In this document: in pieces, positions 37,729-48,700 of the stretch
Numbering within the stretch: the first letter of the stretch is position 1
How the letters are laid out: each line of letters begins with the position of its first letter
Assembly (NCBI GenBank): GCA_010405405.1
Contig: MU004243.1
Span: 863,340-927,339 of the forward strand
Direction: 5' to 3'
Source: Microthyrium microscopicum
Taxonomy: Eukaryota
DNA: 64,000 bases
The notes under the pieces: model-generated
Database searches by the model: none
What the model saw: only the letters and a program-made list of their open reading frames with translations
Told to the model about the DNA's origin: nothing
Program-made: the position numbers and the translations under genes

Positions 37729-37840
37729 GTTGTACGATATGCTTGAAGTTATCTAAGGAACTTCACTACTTCATGATAAGAAGTTGTACGATATCCTTGT
37801 GATAAGAAGTTGTACGATATCCTTGAAGTTGTCTAAGGAA
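37729..37840. repeat. Nested short direct repeats (GTTGTACGATATSCTTG x3; TGATAAGAAGTTGTACGATATCCTTG x2)
   Basis: Read directly from the sequence. Confidence 0.85.
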
Positions 37841-37888
37841 GTGCCGTAGTAAAGCTCAAGTGCCGATCCGATGCAGTTGACGATAGAA

Positions 37889-38270
37889 AGATCATGCTAA
37901 TTCAATATGGGCTGGACCTTGTATTCTGTGGCTTCTCTTCAGAATTTCTGTGGGATTTCTGAAGTACCCATGAGATCTTCCAAACCGCCGAATATTTCTG
38001 AAGATCCCGTTTGTCACAATGCACTCTGTTGGTGCGCTGAAAAGACAATGGAATACCAACATTTCATTACATCGAATGTTAGACAGATCATGCTAAATCA
38101 ACATGACCTGGACCTTGTATTCTACAGCTTCTCCTCAGGTTTCCGTGGGATTTCTGAAGTACCCATGAGATCTTCCAAACTGCCGAACCTTTTTGAAGAT
38201 CCCGTTTTTCACAAAGCACTCTGTTCGTACGCTGAAATGACAAAGAAGTACCGACATATCCTCACATCGA
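37889..38270. repeat. Degenerate tandem duplication, ~195-bp period, 2 copies
   Basis: AGATCATGCTAA starts copies at 37889 and 38085; both share the identical core GTGGGATTTCTGAAGTACCCATGAGATCTTCCAAAC. Confidence 0.9.
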
Positions 38271-40028
38271 CCTTCTAGGGAAATTCGAGATCTAGAAAAT
38301 AGTGGAGCTCACGGATCTTGAGGAGAGAAGTAGAAACAAGTTTATTATCAGATGGTTCATGGTCCAGGGCAGTTTTCCCCGCGTTAAAGCAGACCAGTTC
38401 TCCATTGACTTGACTTGAAACGGAAGGAGGTTAGAAGCAACTGACACGAGGGCGCTCTTTAACTACCAATTGATAATCTCTACCATCGCTTTAACTGAAG
38501 AAAGCATGGCTTGAATGTCGTGTACTGATTCACAGCGTAATTTCATATCAGATTGCAGATAAAAAAAAGGCAGTCGATATGGAAGCTTGACGGCCGATTG
38601 CGTCAGTCATTCTTTCTGGCGGTTGACATGCTTCTGGCAGCTCTGGCATCCAGACTGTGTTTCATGAAACTGCAGGTATCAAGTAACACTATTGAAAATT
38701 GGGGTTGAACCTGGAAAGTCATGATTCATGATGCTTCGGCGCCTTCTCTTTAAGATTAAAAACACCTACATTTTGGTCTTCTCTAGAGCCGGCCCGCACC
38801 TGGAAAAAGCCAGCGGTCTAGATTTCCAGACAATTGCCTCCTAGCATCCACCTTGAACATCCAAGACCAAGAGGCTCTGCACGAAAGAAGAAGAGCGCCA
38901 GCAATTTCATTTTTGGCTGCAACACGAACAAGCACTTGGCTTGGCATCAGCCTCTTTCTTGGCGGTGGCCCCCTTTTCTTGCCATGAGCACTCTTGAGGT
39001 TTCCAAAACTTACCAACTTTTGTTACATTCCATTCAAACCTTCTTGGCCGCGCGCGAGAAGGAATTTACCGCTTGCAACTGAATCTCCCCTGCGTGAAAT
39101 GAATTTTAAGCTCCTGTCTCTTACAATGCCAAGATGTTCTGCAGCGCCTGGAGGTGTTCGGGGGGGGCCCTTTTAGCTAAACTGACTCAAATCCCCTGAT
39201 GTTATTGCTCGTTCTCATACACACCACCAGTCAGGACTCAGGAATCACTGTCATGCTGAAGCTTTCGAGGAGGATCTGACGATCATATCTTGGCCCTGTA
39301 ACCGCTGCATCTCTTATATTGTTGGCGCTCAGAGTTGGCTCAAGGTTCAGGAACTGATTGTCATAAGGCGAATAAGACCAGGAAATTTACAAGACTCAGA
39401 AGCAATGGTCAAACGACCATGTTTTGAATGCTTACGGGTTCTAATGGGGGCCATCCAGAAACTCAAGTGTCGCGTGCGAAAGGAGAGCCGCTGCGACGCC
39501 CTCACTCCATCACTCTGTAAAGTTACGCGCTTCGTGATGTTTGCTGGCTTGGCCAGAACAGCGTGGGGAAATGGGCACATTGGCCTGGTTAGAATCCAGC
39601 CCAGTTCGCTGCCCCTGGAGAAAAGAGGCGCTTCAAGATGACCGTTTTTGATCGGTACCGTTAGCTTGCTTTAAACTCTGCATATGGTGGATTTCTTGAT
39701 CCCTCCATCGAACATCATGTTATGAAAGACTATCCCCAACTTCACCCTTGCGTCTCTCAATTGTATCTTGATTATCCTTTTCTTCGTTTTCTAGGGATAT
39801 CCCTATCACGTTCCTTTCAGTGGCATTTTCACATTCATTCAAAGCGTTTAAAGCATACAGGTCCGATCTTTACAATTTGTTTCTCCCGTTTTATCAGCGA
39901 ATCAACATATGATACCAAAACTACGCCCGTACTTTCTTACACAGTTCATTCGTTTCGAACAGGAATCTTAAGCTCCGAATTATACGCCTGAGCTCTACCC
40001 TTGTTGAAGCAAAACAAGAAGAGTTGGC

Positions 40029-43000
40029 ATGGAACATCATGGCCAACAGTCAACTCATAACCAGACTGCAGGACCTCTGACTGCTGGTCCACGATCGAGG
40101 CATGTCAGAAATGGTTCGATTGATATTCAACAACTTTTAGATTCCATGCGTGCTAGACGCGCCTCTTCCATTAACGCTCTTACGTCCTTGCGAACATGCC
40201 TTGAAAGGAAGTCATTTCAACCTTCCATATATACACTCATTCGGTGCTACACACAATGCTGGAAATGCTTACCGGAAAGCATAAAATCTGGGGTGGATGA
40301 TCAATACAACGATCTGATCGAGTCTACTCTAGACCTGGTCAAGTCGAGATATCAGTCACTTCTTGATCTTCTACCGGAAAATCATGGCGGTCCAACAATT
40401 ATTGATCCCATCAGCCACAGATCGATATCGCAGAGAACCCTGGCTTCATTCGTACAAAGTTTCAAGCTTCCAGGAGTGGATCCAGCCAGGCCTGTTGTCG
40501 CTCTTGCTCTCCCCAATAGTCCGCTTCTAGGATTAGTATCAATAGCAGTTGCAACCTACTATACTCTAGCACCCATCAACGTCAACAGCGGAGCCGATCA
40601 ATTCCAATCAGATGTATTAAGCGCTGGCTCATCAACGATTGTTGTTCTTGGGGAACATGTGGAACAACTTGGACTCGATGGAGATTGGGTTGCTCAACAC
40701 GGGATTCAAGTGTGCATAGTCCACCCTAAGGATGACTTGACATGCAGCATATCGACATTGGACGGTTCCGCTAAATCCACTCTCATTACACCTAAACCTA
40801 ATGGTCCTGACGATACTTGCATTCTTCTTTTCACCAGCGGGACCACCGGAACTAAGAAGTTAGTTCCCATCACTCTTCACGCACTCATTTCTGCGGTCGC
40901 CTTCATTGGCTCCTCGTGGAATTTGACAGAGCACGATGTATGTCTGAACATGATGCCTCTGAATCACATTGGTGGACTCGCTCGGAATCTTTTCGCACCA
41001 ATTCTTCTTGGCGGCTCGACAATATGCTGTTCCGCATTTGATCCCAACCTCTTCTGGGACCTGGTACTAGAAGGAAGAGCAACATGGTATTATGCGTCAC
41101 CTTCAATGCATTCGGCCATTCTCAACGAAGCACCCTCACAACAGGAAGTCGTACATAAGAGCCGTATACGCATGGTCTGCAATGCAGCTGGTGGTCTTCT
41201 CCCCTCTCTTTCAACTCAACTACGCGAGACGTTCAACTCCACCATCCTTCCCAGCTATGGCATGACCGAATGCATGCCCATTTCGACACCACCCATAGAC
41301 TACCAACTCGACCGACCAGGAACCTCCGGCATAGCAGTGGGCCCTGAACTTGGCATACTTGACGCCGCCGGACAACAAGAACAAACGGGCACAATTGGAC
41401 GAGTCTGTGTTCGTGGCAACCCAGTCTTTCCTGGCTATCTCATAAATGGCCAAATCGACAAGTCAGCGTTCACCACGGATGGTTGGTTCGATACTGGCGA
41501 TCTCGGCTACCTTGACGCTGATGGTTATCTTTACATCACCGGCCGCAGCAAAGAAGTCATCAATCGAGGTGGTGAAATCATATCTCCCTTTGAAGTCGAG
41601 GAAGCCATTATGACGGCCTCCAGGCGTGTCGGCTCACCCATATATGGACGCATCATCGAGTCGCTTGCCTTCTCAGCGCCCCACGACACGTTGCAAGAAG
41701 TTGTGGGCGTAGCCGTCGTTACGACCCCGGGTGCACCACGCGTGGATCTACGGCAGATTCATGACGCAGTCAAAAAATCGCTCCACTCGACGAAATGGCC
41801 GGTCGTTCTGGTTTATATGGATGCAGTACCAAAACGAAATGGCAAGCTTTGTCGAGTGAAGTTGGGCGAGCGCTTGGGATTTGGCCCTATTCAAGATGAT
41901 CTGCAAGTAGTGGCGCGCCATTTCGAGGCAGTGTGTCCTGTTATGGATGCGCCAATTTCAATGCAGATCAACAAAAATGTCTGCCAAATCGATGGGCAGC
42001 AGACGATAAATTCCATCAGCTCATATTTGAAGGACAAGGTTGATGTATTAGTGAAACCGAATTCCAATACTGGCTTCTTGGACGCCATTATCGCTCCTAA
42101 GGACGATTCGGGTAATACCGAAATTGATATTGGCCAACTGAAAGCCTATCTTCAAGATGATCTCCCTGGCTACTTGATTCCAGGAAAGATCCAAGCAATT
42201 AATACTCCATTCCCGCGAAGCTTGTTTGGCGCTATCGACACGGAAGCCCTGGATAGCCTGCTGTCTCCAACAAAACTCTCCGCCATCACAAAATTTACCT
42301 CACCAACAGAACAGAAACTGCAGGAAATATTTGCCGACCTTCTTTCTATGCCAATTGAAGATGTTTCTTCTGACTCTGACTTTTTCGATCTCGGCGGCGA
42401 TAGCTTGCGGGCTGGACGACTATTGTCACTTATCCGCAAGGAGTTTAACAGCAGAATTCCCATTGACAAGCTCTTCGCATTCAGTCGCGTGTGCGATATT
42501 TCCACCATGATCGAAGACTACCGGATGACATTCCCCAGCGAGAAGGAAGGAAAGCATACTACGCCCACAATGACCCAGACATATAGCTCAACAAGCTTAT
42601 CAACACTACTCATCCACTTACTCCCAATATCTGTGTTTTCTCCTCTCCAAAGTGCATTCCACCTGATTCTATTCTTGAAAACATGGAGTCTCCTGCTCTA
42701 CTACTTTCGACGAGGAGAAACAAGCGGAAACTTGTTCTACCTGGTCATTTCCATGCTAGTTGCTCGCGCAATCGAAGGGTCGATCTACCCTCTCATTGGT
42801 ATCGCCGCTAAATGGATCATCATCGGCCGATACAACGAAGGTTTATATCCTATGTGGTCAGGATATCATAACAGATGGTGGCTTGTTTCCAAGATTCTTG
42901 ACAATTGTGGCATTGGCATGTTCAAGCACTATCCTTGGTCTCGCGTTCTCTACTACCGACTAATGGGTGCCAAAATTGGAAGAAATGTCCTCATTCAACC

Positions 43001-45173
43001 AAATACCGTTCTCGGCGAATACGATCTTCTTGACATTGGCGATAATGTCGAGCTCGACCGATGCGTTTGCCGTGGATTTGCGGTGGAGCACAATACGACC
43101 ATGTATCTCGGCAAAATCCGAATGGGCAATGGATCTGCTGCTGGTATGAAGACAGTAGTCGCACCAGGGACGACTGTTCCAGAAGATGTTTGTCTCGGAG
43201 TTAATTCTTCTTCGTGGGAAGCACAAGATGCGGATCCATCGAATTTTGAACAAATGGCATCAAGAATCCCAGATCCACACTGGCTGCTTTGGCTTCTTGT
43301 GGGGTTGCCTATTATGGGCGCAATCGCTACCATTTCTCGTCTGCCATGGCTTGCTGGTCTAATAGGTCTCAACGTTGCTCACGCGCCCATGGATGCGGAT
43401 ATGATGCTCTTTCTCTTTGGATGGTTCTCAAATCCACGACGAGTTGGCTTTCATTTCTTGGCTCGGATTATGAATCTATGCATAGCACCGCTTCTTCGCA
43501 TGGCTCTCATCATACTTTTGAAACGATCAACAGACCTAATTTTTGGTAAAATTCAGCCAGGACTGGCATCAAAGCGAAGCCAGCTCGATCGTTTCCGCAT
43601 GAAGCTTTTGTCAGAGCTCATTCCCAACGGCAACATCAGCGATGTCACTGGCTTCTTTGGTACTCATTACGAAATTACCTCCATTGTTGTTCGAGCTCTA
43701 GGTGGCAAAGTTGGCAAACGTGTATATTGGCCAGGCAATGGGCCTTCAATACAAAACTTTGATCTACTTGACATTGGCAATGATGTGGTCTTCGGCTCTC
43801 AAGCAAGACTACTCACCTCAGATGGAGTTGGCTGCGATATCGTTCGGGTCGATGATGGCGCCATGGTAGCCGACCGAGTGATCATGCTTCCAGGTTCTCG
43901 CATTGGCAGGAATGCTGTTCTCGGAAGCGGATCACTGTCACGACGAAATGCATACTATGAACCCGACTCCATCTGGATTGGCGCCAAAGCTGGCGGTCCT
44001 GTCCGCCTCACACCAAGGAGCAGCCAGGCTAGCTCAGCAACTCTTATCAGCCCCAGAAGTGACATGGCTGCCGAATTCCCCAATGTGACAACTGATTTTA
44101 TTGACCTCGAAAAGAAGGTATTGGAATCTGACCCAGTCTACAACCGATTCCCAGGCTCCCTAGATAGTACTCGCTCCTCTATGGAACTCCATTCGTTCCT
44201 CTCCGACAGCATATCCGAGGCCTCGCTACCCACCAGCTCTCCGTTCGGTCGGGCTTTTTACGAAGGACAGGCACCATACACCGTTCTCAATCTATGGACC
44301 ATCACTGCCTACTCCTTCGCCACGAACATCCTCGTCTCCATCTACTGGAATCTGCCAAACATCCTCACCTTGCAACTTCTCGCTCGAGCCACCAAGCACC
44401 CACTACTCGCACCTTACTTTGCCGCAACAATATACCGCCCACTTGTCGCCATCGGCTTTGTCTCCGTGACATTCAGCTTCCTTAAAGTATCCCTATCAAT
44501 CCTCGCCCTTCTGATCTGCATTGTCGCGAAGTGGGTTCTCATCGGCCGCCGCACGCCAGGGTCTTATGATTGGGACGCCTCATCCTACTGCCAGCGCTGG
44601 AAACTTTACCTCACCATCGAACGTATCCGCCGAGGCCATTTCGGCGGTGACGATATCCTTACGATGTTGACCGGCACATGGTTCATCGCTACATATTTCC
44701 GTCTGCTCGGCGCACGGATCGGCTCTGACTGCGCGTTGTATGCGGGTGGAGAAATGACGCTTGCTTGCACAGAGCCCGATCTCGTTACGCTTGGTGATCG
44801 CGTTGCCGTTGACGATGCAAGCTTAGTCGCGCACATCAATTCGCGCGGTGAATTCAAACTCAACACTCTCGTGATTGGTGACCGTGGTGTGATGCGTACA
44901 GGCTCAAGACTCCTAAGCGGAGCGAGTATGGCAAAGGACTCGTGCTTGCTAGAGCATACGTTGGTGATGGGCGGCGATGAAGTGGAGAATGGGACGACGT
45001 GCCAGGGATGGCCAGCTGAGGACTTTATGGCGGCAAGAGTGGTGCTTGAAGATACCACTGACATGAATGAGAAGAGCGAGCGCGTTAGGGGATCAAGGTG
45101 GGCACAATTTCGCCTCTTGCGGTGGTTCAGAGGAGATGTGAGATATCAGCGAGTTGGAGCGGAGAGTGACTGA
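40029..45173 (+). CDS. Membrane-bound single-module NRPS-like synthetase: adenylation - carrier (T) - three TM/hexapeptide-repeat modules (Pls / poly-malate synthetase-like)
   Basis: Intronless 1714 aa. A domain: LFTSGTTGTKK, PSYGMTE, GWFDTGDLG, GRSKEVINRGGE, PKRNGKL. T domain: FFDLGGDSL (Ser codon 42402-42404). Terminal modules: AKWIIIGR and AKWVLIGR; LMGAKIG, ALGGKVG and LLGARIG, each followed by hexapeptide repeats. Confidence 0.9.
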   Translation: MEHHGQQSTHNQTAGPLTAGPRSRHVRNGSIDIQQLLDSMRARRASSINALTSLRTCLERKSFQPSIYTLIRCYTQCWKCLPESIKSGVDDQYNDLIESTLDLVKSRYQSLLDLLPENHGGPTIIDPISHRSISQRTLASFVQSFKLPGVDPARPVVALALPNSPLLGLVSIAVATYYTLAPINVNSGADQFQSDVLSAGSSTIVVLGEHVEQLGLDGDWVAQHGIQVCIVHPKDDLTCSISTLDGSAKSTLITPKPNGPDDTCILLFTSGTTGTKKLVPITLHALISAVAFIGSSWNLTEHDVCLNMMPLNHIGGLARNLFAPILLGGSTICCSAFDPNLFWDLVLEGRATWYYASPSMHSAILNEAPSQQEVVHKSRIRMVCNAAGGLLPSLSTQLRETFNSTILPSYGMTECMPISTPPIDYQLDRPGTSGIAVGPELGILDAAGQQEQTGTIGRVCVRGNPVFPGYLINGQIDKSAFTTDGWFDTGDLGYLDADGYLYITGRSKEVINRGGEIISPFEVEEAIMTASRRVGSPIYGRIIESLAFSAPHDTLQEVVGVAVVTTPGAPRVDLRQIHDAVKKSLHSTKWPVVLVYMDAVPKRNGKLCRVKLGERLGFGPIQDDLQVVARHFEAVCPVMDAPISMQINKNVCQIDGQQTINSISSYLKDKVDVLVKPNSNTGFLDAIIAPKDDSGNTEIDIGQLKAYLQDDLPGYLIPGKIQAINTPFPRSLFGAIDTEALDSLLSPTKLSAITKFTSPTEQKLQEIFADLLSMPIEDVSSDSDFFDLGGDSLRAGRLLSLIRKEFNSRIPIDKLFAFSRVCDISTMIEDYRMTFPSEKEGKHTTPTMTQTYSSTSLSTLLIHLLPISVFSPLQSAFHLILFLKTWSLLLYYFRRGETSGNLFYLVISMLVARAIEGSIYPLIGIAAKWIIIGRYNEGLYPMWSGYHNRWWLVSKILDNCGIGMFKHYPWSRVLYYRLMGAKIGRNVLIQPNTVLGEYDLLDIGDNVELDRCVCRGFAVEHNTTMYLGKIRMGNGSAAGMKTVVAPGTTVPEDVCLGVNSSSWEAQDADPSNFEQMASRIPDPHWLLWLLVGLPIMGAIATISRLPWLAGLIGLNVAHAPMDADMMLFLFGWFSNPRRVGFHFLARIMNLCIAPLLRMALIILLKRSTDLIFGKIQPGLASKRSQLDRFRMKLLSELIPNGNISDVTGFFGTHYEITSIVVRALGGKVGKRVYWPGNGPSIQNFDLLDIGNDVVFGSQARLLTSDGVGCDIVRVDDGAMVADRVIMLPGSRIGRNAVLGSGSLSRRNAYYEPDSIWIGAKAGGPVRLTPRSSQASSATLISPRSDMAAEFPNVTTDFIDLEKKVLESDPVYNRFPGSLDSTRSSMELHSFLSDSISEASLPTSSPFGRAFYEGQAPYTVLNLWTITAYSFATNILVSIYWNLPNILTLQLLARATKHPLLAPYFAATIYRPLVAIGFVSVTFSFLKVSLSILALLICIVAKWVLIGRRTPGSYDWDASSYCQRWKLYLTIERIRRGHFGGDDILTMLTGTWFIATYFRLLGARIGSDCALYAGGEMTLACTEPDLVTLGDRVAVDDASLVAHINSRGEFKLNTLVIGDRGVMRTGSRLLSGASMAKDSCLLEHTLVMGGDEVENGTTCQGWPAEDFMAARVVLEDTTDMNEKSERVRGSRWAQFRLLRWFRGDVRYQRVGAESD

Positions 45174-46362
45174 TCAAATACCCATCATTTTGAGCTTTTT
45201 TTTTACTGTATATAACGATCACGTACATAGTACATACATTAGATAATAAAAAACATATCATGATCAAAACAATGCTAAGATGCAATGGGATAGTGACAAC
45301 AAACATACCTAGCTAAAAGGTGAGTTTCAATGAGCAAATCATCAATGCTGAAATCAAATCATACTATCTTCCAACAATAATGAATTCCACTCAAAGACAC
45401 CGCAAATCAATGCGCCTGTCTCATCATCAAAGCTCAAATATTGTTACATATTATGACCCTGTGATGCGACATTTTGATACACAGGCTGCTGCTGAGGAGG
45501 ATAGCCAACATTGGTCGTGTGCTTTGGCTGAGCTTCTTGGGAATAGTACTGATTCTCCAGTGATTTTGCCGTCTTGTCCTTGATCTTGAGAAACGCACAA
45601 GACCCACAGAAGCAGCAGCAAGGAATCGCCAATATGAATGCTATGAACACTTCAACTCCGATCAAAGGATGTAACCACTTGTCCGTTTTTCCGTATTCTT
45701 GGCCTTCTTCGCATCCGCTTTCAGACTTAGAAGGTACTTGCTTTCTCCCTCGATTGCAAATTGCTCTCCAGAAGTGACGAGATTTGCACCATCTTTCCAT
45801 AGGGTGCCGCTGAACTTGAATGAGGCAGTTACAGGGAGTCCGTAGTGGTTAAATCAGATGCTGGATAGCTTGAACACGACTTCGGCTTTGTCGTCGATAA
45901 TATGTCATGACAGTGTGACCTTGTCCTGCCAGCCTAGATTGCCCACGTAGACCGAGATTGAGGCCGTGGAATTGTTTTCATATCGTTCGAACATGCTCAT
46001 CGTGACTATCTCAGGTAGGTAGTAACTTTACGTGTTGTAGTCAAATTGTAGCCGCTTGATACGCGTGGATGTGAATAGATGGAGACCGTAGTCGGGAAGA
46101 TGATAGAGGTGCTATCAAGTGAACTGTAGGGCCCCAATCCACAAAGTGACGGCATGAACAAAGGCATTGTTCGAGATCGAAGCCACAAAGATGCTTCACT
46201 CACACGAGTGAAAGCCTGAAGAATCGCATTTACCAGATCTCAAAGGTCTACCAAACTTAAAACATCTTGCCTTCGCGCTTCCCATCAACTCCCGCGTCCT
46301 ACACTTTTCGCGTCAACTGTCGCATCTTCTATACCTCGCAAAGCAACACGAACACCACCAAC

Positions 46363-46770
46363 ATGAACGGCACAACAAACACCAACAACCAAATCGCAGC
46401 GCCTACGACATTTCGTCCAGATCAGCTGGAAGTTCACTATGCATGTAGCGTTCTATTGCGTGGCTGCAACCGCTATTCCCTCGAACGCGCATGGGACATA
46501 TTTCAAGACGCCATGCAGTTCACCTCCCTACTAGTCTTCATAATGGAGACGGAACCGGCTCTTCGTCACTACAACTGGCCAGTCCGCGAGCGGCTGTTCT
46601 ATGAGCTCGAGGAGAACTTGACTAAAGACGAACGAATGACCCGTACTGTACGTGTAGCTCTATGGTGGGACGATTTCGACTTCTTAGAATGGCCCGCAGA
46701 GGATGATCGTCCGCAAGAGGTTGAAGGCGCTTGGGATCTGCCACCCTCTTTCCATCCACTATTTCCTTGA
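46363..46770 (+). CDS. Hypothetical protein (~135 aa)
   Basis: ATG in a favourable C/A-rich context and protein-like composition; no recognisable family. Confidence 0.4.
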   Translation: MNGTTNTNNQIAAPTTFRPDQLEVHYACSVLLRGCNRYSLERAWDIFQDAMQFTSLLVFIMETEPALRHYNWPVRERLFYELEENLTKDERMTRTVRVALWWDDFDFLEWPAEDDRPQEVEGAWDLPPSFHPLFP

Positions 46771-47327
46771 TTTGTTGCTTCTTGGGTTCAACGAAAATGG
46801 CAAGATTGATATGCCAGTTATTGGCGGCCGATCTCAATTCCAAGACATGATTTTTGATGCAACAAACTGTCTTAGCTTGGAGTAGGAGATTCCTCAAGGC
46901 TGTCGGGAATGCATGCAGAGAGCCGAATATGCTTTGTTTCTTGCACAAAAATGTTCAATATCACATACAGTGAGGAAAGTCTCGGGCCTCAAGTCCATTG
47001 TATTTACTTTGAACAAGGAGTTTGCATCATAGTGCGATCTGTTACAGGTATAGCGCTTGCTAGCCACTATATCAATTGATGCCTCTTAGAAAACTCTTTG
47101 ATGTACAAACATGTTTTGCTAAGTGATTATGATATTGTTGGTTTCTGTCCTGTATCGCTAAATACATCCAATCTTGTTTTGACAATGTTCTTCGATGTGC
47201 AACATCACTTTTAGCCTTATAGAAGTAGCGACTGAAACCCACGAAATGCCTCTCTCTCATTATTTGCTCCATAAGTCCTTGCCAATAATACTTCACTACA
47301 GCCCCATCCTCGACTAGACATTCGAGT

Positions 47328-47725
47328 CTAAGCATTGTTGCACTTCCAGCTCTTAGACTTATTATCAATCCAATCAGGCAAAACCTTATTACCAGCCTCA
47401 TCAAAGGAAAACCCAGTGTCCTTGCAATCCTTCTTCCTACAATTCCATTAGTACTGCTCAAACTCAGTTTTCAAGGTACTACTTACACCCAGATAGTGCA
47501 ACGAAATCCAGGCTTAGCCTTCGCCGAGCTCACGTTATTGGTGAAATCGCCAGGAAGATTGAAGCATTTATCGACGACTCCACTGCCGGTGAACTTTAGG
47601 CCGAGAAATTTCTGGTCTTGCCAGAGCTGGATGAGTTCTTGGTCTTTGGCTGCTGTGGTGGCGCCGGTTGGGGCGGCGCTGGCGACGCTGGCTGCGAGGG
47701 CGATGAGGATGGTTGAATAATGCAT
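47328..47725 (-). CDS. Small secreted protein (115 aa, 4 Cys), beta/gamma-crystallin-like (exons 47725-47487, 47436-47328)
   Basis: Signal peptide MHYSTILIALAASVASA; canonical intron; two related halves ending FTNNVSSAK and WIDNKSKSWKC. Confidence 0.8.
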
Positions 47726-48700
47726 TTTGATTGAAAAGAAGAGTTAGGGATTAGTTTTGGTTGGTTGATTGTGTATTTGGATGTGTGAATGGAAGTTATT
47801 TTGCTGGTGGTGATAGTTTAAAATCGCAGTGATGTTTGCTCAATTTATACATCTCAAACCATCCACTCTTCGCGTTCAATATCTTCACGAGAGTTATTTC
47901 CTCCATGCTGGTCTCAACTCACCACTAGAATAGACCTGACAGCATCGTGTAACAACCTCGAGAGTATCGTGCACCCGGAGTTGAATAGCAACAGCCATAA
48001 CAAACCCTGTGCTCGCCTTGTGCTTGCCCTGGAGCTCTACTCAGCCTCTTCACCAAGTCCCTAGTAAGCTTGATAAGTCAGCAATGTAAAGTAGCACCGA
48101 ATATCTTGGCTGTCAGCTTCATCTAGGATCTGACATATGTTTAGATACAAACTTTGTTTGGCCAAGGAAAGGTTTTGGATCGACTCATGGTTCGTCCAGA
48201 TCTACCGCTGTCAGCAGTCTAGACTCGAGGCAAAGTAGTGCCAGTTTGGCTACATTTAGCTCGCCTTCGGAGTAATCCCCGGAAAGTATTTGGTAACTTT
48301 TAGATCGTACCTGGTCTGTTTGCTATTTTGTTCTTGCTAAGTTGGGATATATTTAGGGCGTATGGGGAGATATGTGGGGACGGTAGAACTAGATGCCTTG
48401 GGCTCGCGAATATCAGCTTAGTATTGGTGTCACAAGTTCGAAGTTTGGGAAAGCAGCAGGTATGGAGAGTATGCTTCCGGTAGCTGGAAGCGTTGTGGAG
48501 AACAGGACGCTTGCTTGTGAGTGTGGAAGGACGAAATATCTCGTCTCTAAACTTTTTGACAGCAACCGGTGGTTGAAAATTAATCATTGTAATCATTTGT
48601 ACTGCTTCATTTATAGGTTGAAGGGAGTCAAAACCATGACCCGTTGAAGGACAGGGAAGACCGCACAATTTCACGCCATGCTATATTTCGTTTCCAACAA

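Noticed and set aside
30728..45173. Echinocandin-type cluster with a self-resistance FKS
   Set aside because: No multimodular NRPS, separate acyl ligase or oxygenases. FKS1 sits near a GH72 gene, as housekeeping copies do.
45999..46017. 18/19 match to the reverse complement of direct repeat copy 2 (24617-24635)
   Set aside because: Does not extend; about one such match is expected by chance among all pairs in 64 kb.
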